Below, piece by piece: positions 1 to 8,986 of a stretch of 64,000 nucleotides of DNA. The number at the start of each line of letters is the position of its first letter. The first letter of the stretch is position 1. A program made the position numbers and the translations under genes. Under the pieces are notes generated by a model that did not search any database, had not been told where the DNA came from, and saw nothing but the letters and a program-made list of their open reading frames with translations. Source of the stretch: an uncultured Nitrososphaerota archaeon (GTDB lineage Archaea > Thermoproteota > Nitrososphaeria > Nitrososphaerales > Gagatemarchaeaceae). The stretch lies in NCBI GenBank assembly GCA_963718895.1, contig CAVRAG010000008.1, positions 224,001-288,000 on the forward strand, written 5' to 3'.

Positions 1-182
1 GAACGGGAAGAAGGTCGAGGTCCCGGTCAAGAGGATTCTTCTGGGCTCGGACCCGGCGAAGGTCGTACAACCCCGGCTCACTGAGGAATCCCGAGTCCAT
101 GGCGTTCTTCATTGAGTTCGCCAGGCGCCTGGGTCGTGACGAAACGCATATGGCCGAGAGGGCCGGTGGAGGCGCGGCTTGA
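1..182 (+). CDS. acetoacetate-CoA ligase, C-terminal fragment (apparent indel near 68)
   Basis: Manual translation NGKKVEVPVKRILLG / NPGSLRNPESMAFF matches the C-terminus of acetoacetyl-CoA synthetases; TGA at 180-182 overlaps the next TTG start. Confidence 0.7.
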   Translation, partial: TGRRSRSRSRGFFWARTRRRSYNPGSLRNPESMAFFIEFARRLGRDETHMAERAGGGAA

Positions 183-700
183 GCTCAAGGGTGTCGCACT
201 ACCCAGGGGTCGAGATAACCCCCGAGGACGTCAGGAGCGGAAGGTACCTTCTGACAAAGTACGAGACCGAGCTGAAGTACTCCTGGAGCGCAGGCGTCGC
301 GACGTCGCGGTTCCTCAGAGGGCTCAGGAGGAAGGAGAGCTCTGGGGGCGGGAATGCGACGGCTGCCGAAGGGTGCTGGTCCCGCCCAGGATGTACTGCG
401 AGAGGTGCTACAGGCCCACGGACCGGTGGGTCAGGCTGAGGGACTCTGGGAAGGTCGTCACGTACTCGATCGCCTACGTGAACTCTGACGCGAGCAGGCG
501 GAGCGAGCCGATCGTCGTCGCCGTGATCGAGATCGACGGGGCCTCCCCGCTGATGGGGATTCTGCACCTCCTGGGCGAGGTCGCGCCCGAGAAGGTCAGG
601 ATAGGGATGCGGGTCGAAGCGGTCTGGAGGCCCGACGACGAGCGGTACGGCTCCATAACCGATATCAAGTACTTCAGGCCGGCGACTGAGGAGAGGCTAG
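179..700 (+). CDS. DUF35 Zn-ribbon/OB-fold protein (frameshift near 330; end approximate)
   Basis: ORF 179..439 N-terminus joined to ORF 112..897: CDGC..PPRMYCERC, GKVVTYS, IGMRVEAVW, DIKYFRP. Confidence 0.8.
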
Positions 701-739
701 ACCACGCCAATCGAGGAGAGGCTCGAGTCCGTCGCGGAC

Positions 740-1151
740 GTGATGCAGTGGACCGACGGCATCCCCCTCCACTACGAGTACACGGCGGGGGTAGCCGGCG
801 AGAGGTTCCTGCGCGGTCTCAAGGTCGGAAAGATCCTGAGCGGGATACTGCCCGAGCTGCAGGGAGTCGTCGCTCCCTGCAAGGATCTACTGCGTGAAGT
901 GCTACGGCAAGATAACAAGATACGTCAAAGTCGGTCCCGTAGGCAGGGTGGCGGCAATCTCCAGTGCGGGGGACGACGAGGCGGGAGAGCAGACGTTCGC
1001 CTACATCACGTTCACCGGCGTCCGCGGAGGGATGATCCACCGTATCCTCGGCAAAGCGCGGGCGGGGAGCGAGGTGGTGCCCCGGTTCAGGCCCAGAAGC
1101 GAGAGGAAGGGCTCGGTCCTCGACATTCAGGGCTTCGAGTCCAAGAGATGA
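740..1151 (+). CDS. second DUF35 Zn-ribbon/OB-fold protein (frameshift near 846; start uncertain)
   Basis: YEYTAGVAGERFLRGLK, then CPSC..PARIYCVKC in the shifted frame and RKGSVLDI..F. Confidence 0.75.
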
Positions 1152-1729
1152 GGACGGCCCGAGGCGACCCCCATCTGCCTCCTGAGGACCGAACGGATCG
1201 CGCCGTAGAGGAGTGGCGCAACGACGGCGAAGAAGACGAAGTCGCTGACCTCGTGGGCGACCATGAAGGGGGCACCGGGCACAAGGAGGAATAGAGCCTG
1301 CGGGGGCGACAAGCCTGCGAGCAGCCCCGGCACCACATTAGTGATCAGGTCATAGACGAACGCGCCTATCAGACCAAGCGAACCCCACAGCAGGCTCCTA
1401 GCCGGGAGCGCGGTCCTGTCATCGCAGAGGGTCCTCCTCACCAGGAAGCCCAGGACGGCGTAGACGGTCTCGGATCCGACGAGCACGATCAGGAGGAGCC
1501 CTCCGTCCGGACCGAGCGGGTTGATCTCGCCGTAGACGAGCCAAGTCAGCGCGCCGACCGAGACGCCGACCTCGAGCCCGAAGGCGAGTGCAGAGACGAA
1601 GACGATCGAATCCATCATCTTCACGTTCGCCAGGGGGAGCATCGCGTAGTCGGTCACGACGGCCAGGGCCGTGAACATCGAGATTGCGGCGACCTTCCTG
1701 CTGCCGGCCACGCGAAGAGCGTCCATCAC
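1127..1729 (-). CDS. ECF transporter S-component-like membrane protein
   Basis: Hydrophobic 200 aa; VAAISMFTALAV...NVKMMD, GVSVGAL pattern. Confidence 0.6.
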   Translation of the reverse strand: MMDALRVAGSRKVAAISMFTALAVVTDYAMLPLANVKMMDSIVFVSALAFGLEVGVSVGALTWLVYGEINPLGPDGGLLLIVLVGSETVYAVLGFLVRRTLCDDRTALPARSLLWGSLGLIGAFVYDLITNVVPGLLAGLSPPQALFLLVPGAPFMVAHEVSDFVFFAVVAPLLYGAIRSVLRRQMGVASGRPHLLDSKP

Positions 1730-1827
1730 CTGGATGGTTCATCCAGCCATCTAATAAGTAGTCGTCGAATGACGGTGAGAAACGGCGGCGTTATTAGTGG
1801 GTGGGGGGCGGGGCCCATTCGTAGACC

Positions 1828-3010
1828 ATGGCAAAACCGGTTATCCTCTCTGCCTGCAGGACACCCATAGGGAAGTTCGGTAAGAGCCTAGTGCGGGTCT
1901 CGGCCGCCAGGCTCGGCGAGACCGTCGTCAGGGAGGCCATCAAGCGCAGCAGCCTGAAGGGCGGAGACGTCGAGGAGGTCATCCTGGGGAACGTCATCTC
2001 GGCTGGACTGGGACAGAACCTCGCGAGACAGGCCGCGATATACGCAGGCGTGCCCGTGACCGTGGGCTCGTTCACACTCAACAAGGTCTGCGGCTCCGGT
2101 CTGAAGGCGGTCATGCTGGCTTCTCAGGCGATCAAGGCGGGGGACGCGGAGGATCCTCGTCGCCGCAGGCTCGGAGAGCATGAGCAACGCGCCATACCTG
2201 GTCAGGGACATGCGCTGGGGGACGAAGTACGGCGACACGCGCCTCGTCGATTCGATGATAAGCGACGGGCTCTGGGACGTCTACAACGACTACCACATGG
2301 GCATGACGGGGGAGAGGATAGCCGAGAAGTTCCACGTCTCCAGGGAGGAGGCGGACCAGTTCGCCTGCGCCAGTCAGATTAAGGCAGCGACCGCCCAGAA
2401 GGAGGGAAGTTTCAAGGACGAGATGGTGGGCGTCCAGGTCGTGGGAGAGTCCGGGCAGTCGGTGGTCTTCGACCAGGACGAGTGCATCCGCGGAGACACG
2501 ACGGTCGAGCGGCTGGCGAAGCTGAAACCGGCTTTCAAACCGGGCGGCGTCTGTACCGCTGGGAACTCATCGCAGCTCAGCGACGGCGCCTCGGCGCTCG
2601 TGGTCGCCTCCGACGAGAGGGCGGAGAGTCTGGGGGTGACGCCGCTCGCCCGTGTAATCGGATACCACACAGGGGGCACCGAGCCGGCCGACATCATGGA
2701 AGCGCCGATCCCCACCGTCAGGGCGCTGTTCCTGAAGACGGGGCTGGGCGTGGACGACATTGACCTATTCGAGCACAACGAAGCATACTCCACGGCATCC
2801 ATAGTCGTCAGGGACGAGCTGGGCATCCCCGAGGAGAGGTTCAACGTTAACGGGGGGTCCGTCGCCCTCGGCCATCCCATCGGGGCGAGCGGCGCGAGGG
2901 TCCTGACGACTCTTATCTACGCTCTCAAGAAGAGGGGGAAGAAGACGGGGCTGGCGACCCTCTGCCTCGGCGGCGGAAACGCCGTGGCGATGATCATCCG
3001 GGTGGACTAG
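1828..3010 (+). CDS. acetyl-CoA C-acetyltransferase (thiolase), frameshift near 2151
   Basis: RTPIGKF, NKVCGSGLKAV, NEAY, GHPIGASG, LCLGGG motifs across ORFs 1828..2382 and 2180..3010. Confidence 0.95.
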
Positions 3011-4697
3011 CCGTATCCTTCTGCCAGTCGCTCCTGTCGCGAAGCTTCCTGCGCAGCACCTTGCCGACGAGCGTCTTCGGCAGCTCGTCGACGAAGGCCA
3101 CCGAGCGCGGTGCCTTGTAGCTCGAGATTCGCTCCCGGCAGAAGCCGATGATCTCCTTCTCCGAGACCTTTCCCTTGGTCTCCGGCCTCAGCACGACGAA
3201 GGCCTTGACCGACTCTCCCCTGTAATCGTCGGGCACTCCCACGACGGCGGCCTCTCTCACGGCAGGGTGGGTGAAGAGCACCTCCTCCACCTCGCGGGGC
3301 CACACCTTGAGACCGGCCACGTCGATCATGTCCTTCTTCCTGTCAACTATGAAGAAGAACCCCTGCTCATCCATCCTCGCGATGTCCCCCGTGAGCAGCC
3401 AGCCGTCCTTCATCACGAAATCTGTCTCGTCCCTCCTGTTCCAGTAGCCGAGCATGACCTGGGGGCCCCTGACCGCGAGCTCCCCCTCCTCGCCCACGCC
3501 AAGGAACTTCGACGGGTCTTCCATCGACACGATCGCGGCGTCCGTGTCCGAGACCGGGATTCCGATCGAACCGTCTTTCACGATCGCTCCTGCCCCGACC
3601 GGATTGACATGGGTGACCGGGCTCGCCTCGGAGAGCCCGTACCCCTCGACCAGTGCACTCCCTGTGAGCTCAATGAAGCGCTTCCTGACGGCCACGGGGA
3701 GCGGAGCACCGCCGGAGATGCACGACCTCACCGAGCGGAGGTTGAACTGCGAGACCTTGGGATGGTTGATGACCGCGATGTACATCGTGGGGACCCCGCA
3801 GAAGCTCGTAACCTTCTCCTTCTCGATCGTTGCCATCACCTGTTCGACCTCGAACCTTGGCACGACCACCACGGAGCACCCCACGCTGAACGGTGCGTTC
3901 ATGGCAGTGGTCATCCCATAGATGTGGAAGAACGGAAGGGCAGCGAGCGCGATGTCGCTCTCCACCAGAGGCAGGACCGCTGCGGTCTGGAAGGCGTTGA
4001 GGTAGAGGTTGGCGTGAGAGAGCATGGCTCCCTTCGACACCCCGGTCGTGCCGCCGGTGTACTGGAGAACGGCGACGTCCCTGGCGGGATCGACGGCGAC
4101 CGACTGCCTAAGCGGCGGGCTTTGGCCGATGAGGTCTGTGAACGTCACTGTCCCACGCCTCTTGACGTTCTTCACGCCCCTTAGGCCGGCGAACGGCCTC
4201 TTGAGACCCGGAAGGAAGTCGGTCACGCTCGCGGCTATCACGGCCTTGAGCTGGAGGCGGTCCCTGCACTTCTCCAAGCTGGCGAAGAGGTCGTTGTCGC
4301 CCACGACGTCGTTCGCCGCGACGATGAGCGCGGAGCCCGAGTCGCGGAGCTGGTACTCTAGCTCCTTCTCCTTGTAGAGCGGACTGCACGGGACCACTAT
4401 GCCTCCGGCCTTCAGCGTCCCGAAGTAGCAGACGACGAACTGGGGAATATTCGGCAGGAGCAGGGCCACGCGGTCCCCCCTCTGGAAGCCAAGCGAGGAC
4501 AGACCCGACGCGAACCGCGATGCGAGCTCATCGACCTGGCCGTAGGTAAGGGAGCGCCCCTGGTACATGAGACAGATCTTCCGAGGAGTGCGGGCTGCGG
4601 TGTTCTCGAGCAGCTTGTAGAGTGGCTGCGCCTCGACACCTACTTGGCGGGGGAGGTCCTTCGGCCAGGATCCGAACCAGGGCCGCGAGACTTGCAT
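2994..4697 (-). CDS. long-chain fatty acid-CoA ligase
   Basis: YTGGTTGVSKG, EGYGLSE, TGDIA, LPKTLVGK AMP-binding motifs. Confidence 0.95.
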   Translation of the reverse strand: MQVSRPWFGSWPKDLPRQVGVEAQPLYKLLENTAARTPRKICLMYQGRSLTYGQVDELASRFASGLSSLGFQRGDRVALLLPNIPQFVVCYFGTLKAGGIVVPCSPLYKEKELEYQLRDSGSALIVAANDVVGDNDLFASLEKCRDRLQLKAVIAASVTDFLPGLKRPFAGLRGVKNVKRRGTVTFTDLIGQSPPLRQSVAVDPARDVAVLQYTGGTTGVSKGAMLSHANLYLNAFQTAAVLPLVESDIALAALPFFHIYGMTTAMNAPFSVGCSVVVVPRFEVEQVMATIEKEKVTSFCGVPTMYIAVINHPKVSQFNLRSVRSCISGGAPLPVAVRKRFIELTGSALVEGYGLSEASPVTHVNPVGAGAIVKDGSIGIPVSDTDAAIVSMEDPSKFLGVGEEGELAVRGPQVMLGYWNRRDETDFVMKDGWLLTGDIARMDEQGFFFIVDRKKDMIDVAGLKVWPREVEEVLFTHPAVREAAVVGVPDDYRGESVKAFVVLRPETKGKVSEKEIIGFCRERISSYKAPRSVAFVDELPKTLVGKVLRRKLRDRSDWQKDTASPPG

Positions 4698-4817
4698 TTG
4701 CCTTTTACGGTCGGGAGGCGAACCCTCTTATGTGTGTTGCTCGGAGTCCTTTTTGTCGAAGTCGTGCGGGCTGCGGAGTAGCGCTTAAGTATGGAGTCAG
4801 GGCAAACCGCGAATCAG

Positions 4818-5958
4818 ATGTCGGCTCAGGGGGACAGGCTTCTCATACTCGCGGTCGACAGAGATGGAGACCTAGAGAGCAAGACGAGGGTCCGGTCCCC
4901 GGTCTTCGGTAGGGAGGGCGTGCTCAGCGCGGCGACCCAGCTAGCGATCTCTGACCCCGAGGAAGCCGACGCCAACTCGTTCTTCGCTGCGATAAAGGAA
5001 TACGACAGGCTCCAATCGATGAGCGAAGGTTGCGAGATAGCGGTCGTCTGCGGGATAGCCGACAGCGGCGTCGACGCCGACAGGAAGATAAAGCGCGAGA
5101 TAGAGAACATCCTCAGCAAATCCCAGTTCTCGGCGATAGTACTGGTCACCGACGGGGCGGAGGACGAGCAGATACTCCCGATACTCCAGTCGATGAAGCC
5201 GGTCGCGTCCGTCGTCCGGATAGTCGTCAAGCACAGCCGGACGGTCGAGGAGACCTACATGGTCCTCGGGAGATATCTCAGGATGCTGGTCTTCGATCAG
5301 CGCTACTCGAAGTGGGTGATCGGAGTTCCGGGGGTCATCTTCCTCTTTGCGGGAGTGCTCGTGCTCTTCGGCCGCGCCTACGAGGCTGGGATCGCCATCC
5401 TGCTGATCCTGGGTTCCGCTTTCTTCGTCAGGGGTTTCGGCGTGGACAGGTCGGTCGCGTCCATGCTGAGCCAGCGTCCATACGGTTACCTCAGAATCTT
5501 CTCCGCCGTGGCGAGCCTGCTGATATTCCTCGTTGGGCTTTCGAGCGGCTTCACCAACCTCCAGACGGCCATACCCGACATCATGCTGAAGGTCAATGCG
5601 AACCCCGGCCTCTTCCTCACCTACGGGTCCGAGATCGATCGGGACCTATCTTGAGGGCGCCCTGCCCCTGGTCTGGGCCGCCCTCGCCATCTACCTCATC
5701 GGTGCGCTGCTCGCACACCTTGCCAGGGGGAGCAGGAGGGTCTGGAGGGACGCGGTCCTGATTGTCCTCCTCGGCCTCCTGTATCTGCCGACGGACCAGT
5801 TCGCGGTCTACCTCACAGCGCCGACCGCGGAGAACAGCTCGGTCCTTCTCGTGTCCTACGTGCTGGTGGGACTCGCGGTCACCTTCGCCGTCGTCACGGC
5901 GCTCTATGGACGGATACGCAGCCGGAACCCCTTGTCAAGTAGTGACGCAAGTGCTTGA
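4818..5958 (+). CDS. DUF373 family membrane protein (frameshift near 5637)
   Basis: VDRDGDL, DPEEADAN, TDGAEDE, VVKHSRTVEETY followed by TM helices; lies upstream of uppS. Confidence 0.85.
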
Positions 5959-6733
5959 CTCTTTACTCCGGGCCACGGGAGCCTACAGGTTCTACGAGAA
6001 CAGGCTGAGCTGGCAGGTCGAGGACGGACCCATTCCGAGTCACATCGGGATCATCCTCGACGGAAACAGGAGGTGGGCCCAGGACCGGAGGTATGCAGTG
6101 GACGTGGGCCATGCCCAGGGCGCCGACGTCGTCGAGAAGCTCCTCGACTGGTGCCACGACCTCGGGATCAAGTCGATAACGCTCTACGTCCTCTCGACGG
6201 AGAACCTGCACAGGACCGTCGAGGAGGTTCAGGAGCTCTTCAGGCTCATCGAGCAGAGGCTGACCAACCTCCTCGAGGACGACCGGATCTACAGCTACCG
6301 GGTCAGGGTGAAGGGGATAGGGAAGTTCGACCTGCTCCCGCAGTCCCTGCTCAGCATCCTACGCGAGGTTGAGGAGAAGACGGCGGCGTACGACGGCCAC
6401 TTCCTCAACATAGCGATAGCCTACGGAGGCAGGGCCGAGATCACGGACGTCGTGAAGTCGATCGCAGAGGACGTGAAGAACGGGACCCTTGCCCCCGAGG
6501 CCATCAGCGAAGAGACTATAGCGGGGAGGCTGTACACCTCACACCTCCCCAACCCCGAACCCGAGCTGATCATAAGGACCTCGGGCGAGGAGAGGATGAG
6601 CGGCTTCCTTCTGTGGCAGGGCGCCTACAGCGAGCTGATCTTCATGGACGTCTATTGGCCCGCGTTTAGAAAAATTGATTTGTTGCGCGCAATACGTACG
6701 TACCAAAAGCGGAAACGAAGGCTAGGTAGATAA
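5942..6733 (+). CDS. uppS: polyprenyl (undecaprenyl-type) diphosphate synthase
   Basis: HIGIILDGNRRWA, LSTENLHR, YGGRAE, IRTSGEERMSGFLLWQ. Confidence 0.95.
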   Translation: MTQVLDSLLRATGAYRFYENRLSWQVEDGPIPSHIGIILDGNRRWAQDRRYAVDVGHAQGADVVEKLLDWCHDLGIKSITLYVLSTENLHRTVEEVQELFRLIEQRLTNLLEDDRIYSYRVRVKGIGKFDLLPQSLLSILREVEEKTAAYDGHFLNIAIAYGGRAEITDVVKSIAEDVKNGTLAPEAISEETIAGRLYTSHLPNPEPELIIRTSGEERMSGFLLWQGAYSELIFMDVYWPAFRKIDLLRAIRTYQKRKRRLGR

Positions 6734-7220
6734 TCAACGCCTGAACAACCTCTGATGTACTCGTCAACTATCCCCCTGTTAACAGGGGGGCCATTCGAGA
6801 TGACAAAATCAGACTCGGCGCCTCTTATCCCGGGCATGAATCCTCTCATCAATCGAAGATAGCCGATGACAGGTTGCCCTCCCTAACTACGAGCCAGGAG
6901 CCCCGAGGTGTTCGCATTGGTTTTTCCAACAGGATAACTCCAGCCAGCTTGATCATGCCTTCATCATACATTTCTATTCTCAGTCGGGGGTACCAATGAT
7001 TGCCCGGTCCCAGTAACGGATGCTCGCGGCCACCAGAAAGATAGACACGCCCTCTGTTGTAACCTATGGTCCCCTCTCCAGCGACAAGTGCGCCAATCCA
7101 AGCGCGTTCCCATTGAGAAAGGTCCTTCACTGCTCGCTTGGCCAAAGCTTCTATCTCAAGAGATTTCCATTCCTAGGTCTTATGAACACCCACGTTCATT
7201 GGATCTCTACTCGAGCCTCT
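6641..7220. mobile_element. low-GC endonuclease cassette inserted in the uppS 3' end, carrying a recoded replacement tail (boundaries approximate)
   Basis: Composition shift, LAGLIDADG ORF, and two copies of the uppS C-terminal coding sequence on either side. Confidence 0.7.
6652..7145 (-). CDS. single-motif LAGLIDADG endonuclease-like protein (frameshift near 6850), C-terminus antisense to the uppS tail
   Basis: WIGALVAGEGTI motif and PRLRIEMYD strand in ORF 6849..7145; continues after a 1-nt shift into ORF 6652..6852; visibly lower GC than flanks. Confidence 0.7.
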
Positions 7221-7289
7221 TTCCGCAAGATAGATCTCCTCCGCGCCCTAAGGACCTACCAGAAGAGGAAGCGCAGGATGGGAAGGTGG
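7195..7289 (+). pseudogene. displaced original 3' end of uppS
   Basis: 7221-7286 encodes FRKIDLLRALRTYQKRKRRMGR in host-type codons; stop position reads TGG; 7195-7220 is an indel-degraded FMDxYWPx. Confidence 0.85.
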
Positions 7290-7295
7290 CGCGGC

Positions 7296-8046
7296 CTAGA
7301 TCAGGTTCACGAGGAAGCCCACCAGGAAGCCGAGGAAGATGCCGATGTAAGTTACTCTCTGCATGGCGTGGTCCGAGTCCCTGAACATGGACTTGAACAT
7401 GGGAAGTATGGCGTAGAGAATCGCTCCTATCGCCAGTCCGTCGAAGAGCACCGTGAACGCGCCCGAGCTATAGAAGTACCCGACGGCGCCGCCGAGGATC
7501 GTCGGCACGCCGCCGACCAAGAAGAAGGTTGCCATCTCCCAACCGTTCCTGTCCGACCGGCCGAGGAAGGGCGACGCGATCGGAAACCCCTCCGTGATGT
7601 TCTGCATCACGAAACCCACGAGCACCACCAGCGCCGCGCCCGAGAACCCGATGCTCACCGCCAGCGCGCCGAAGACTAGACCCTCTGTGAGGTTCTGGAA
7701 TCCTATTCCCGATGCGATGATAAGGGAGGTCTGAGAGGGACCAAGACCGGTCTTCTTCCTGTGCTCGCTGTAGTAGAGTCCCAGGAATCCAATCCCCAGG
7801 GCCGCGGTGAAGATGCCGTCGTAGTAGGGTGAGGACCCGAGCCCATAGAGGGAGCCGTTGTACATTATGGTCGCCGCATTCCCCCAGACGTCCCCTAGGA
7901 GGAAGATCGAGTATCCCAATCGCGACAGCGAGCAGCGCCTTGTTGGCCATGTCGCTAGTGCGCTTGCGGAGGACTATCGGGAGCGAGATGAGGATCGAGA
8001 GGCCCATCACCGCCGAGAGCAGGATGGTCTCGAGGAAGCTCACCAT
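7296..8046 (-). CDS. ZIP family metal transporter (frameshift near 7910)
   Basis: GIGFQNLTEGL and GFVMQNITEGF (ZIP HN-x-x-EG motifs with Q for H), AIGAILY. Confidence 0.8.
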
Positions 8047-8057
8047 AAGCCATGCCC

Positions 8058-8119
8058 ATAACATATGTTATATTTAATATGAACGATGTTAACGATAACA
8101 ACTAACAGTGTTATTAACA
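8058..8119. promoter_or_regulatory. putative operator array between ZIP and HTH-ferritin regulator
   Basis: Perfect palindrome ATAACATATGTTAT (8058-8071), TGTTA-N4-TAACA (8087-8100), TAACA-G-TGTTA (8103-8113), TAACA (8115-8119). Confidence 0.65.
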
Positions 8120-8153
8120 GGGGACACGGATTGATTGCGGGGAAGCTGGCGTA

Positions 8154-8927
8154 ATGGCGATGAATCAGGCCGGGATCAAGAGCGAAGAGAGGCTCATACC
8201 GATAATCAGGGCGGCGCTTGCGAAGAGATTGGCTTCGGAGGGGTTCAAGGTGAAGGAGATCGCTGGAGCCCTTAACGTGACCCCCGCCGCCGTGACCCAG
8301 TACGTCAAGAGCAGGCGAGGAACGAACATAATGTCCGTTGGGAAGGTCGATCAGATCGTAGACCCGCTCGCCGACAAGGTCGCCAAGCGCATCCGTTCAG
8401 GCTCGGGCGGGATAAAGACCGTGGAGCTGCTCGAGACGGCGCGCCAGGTCATGGTCATGAACGCCGGCAAGGAGATAGTCGCCAAAGGTCCGGAGGGCCC
8501 TGAAAAGCATCGCTCGCTCGAGCTACTTAGGGCGCGGCTCCAGCTCGAGCTGGGGGCGGCGGAGAACTACCTCGAACTGGCCAACAAAACCGGTGACGAC
8601 CACACCAAGCTCCTTCTCAGGATGATAGCCTCGGACAGCATCAGGCATGCGGACGTCGTCTCGCAGGTGATCTCCTGGCTGGAGGCGGAGAGCGGGCCCG
8701 GGTTCGAGCTCCCTGGGGAGGAGCTGCTGAAGAGCATGCTGGCCCTCGAGGACTCGGCGAACGAGGTCAACCTGCGCGAGAGCATCAAGGTCGGTCACCC
8801 TGTGGCTCGCCTCCTCCTTGAGTGGATAGACATGGACGAGGCGAAGCACGGCAAGATGGTGCTGGGGATGCTCGGTCTGAACAACGCGCGCCCAGCCGGG
8901 CGCGGCGCCCGACCTAGGCGTGGCTAG
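8154..8927 (+). CDS. transcriptional regulator, N-terminal HTH fused to ferritin/rubrerythrin-like domain
   Basis: VKEIAGALNVTPAAVTQYVKSRRG HTH; C-terminal E..A...Y, DSIRH, LED, DEAKH four-helix-bundle motifs. Confidence 0.75.
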   Translation: MAMNQAGIKSEERLIPIIRAALAKRLASEGFKVKEIAGALNVTPAAVTQYVKSRRGTNIMSVGKVDQIVDPLADKVAKRIRSGSGGIKTVELLETARQVMVMNAGKEIVAKGPEGPEKHRSLELLRARLQLELGAAENYLELANKTGDDHTKLLLRMIASDSIRHADVVSQVISWLEAESGPGFELPGEELLKSMLALEDSANEVNLRESIKVGHPVARLLLEWIDMDEAKHGKMVLGMLGLNNARPAGRGARPRRG

Positions 8928-8986
8928 CGCTGCCCGACTCGGCCAAGACAAACCATTATAATCTCTCAGCTGAAGAGGTCGATGAA

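Noticed and set aside
6665-7220. uppS insert as a spliced intron or intein
   Set aside because: The endonuclease is antisense, uppS already ends in-frame with TAA at 6733, the downstream copy lacks a stop and is decayed, and I saw no bulge-helix-bulge or intein motifs.
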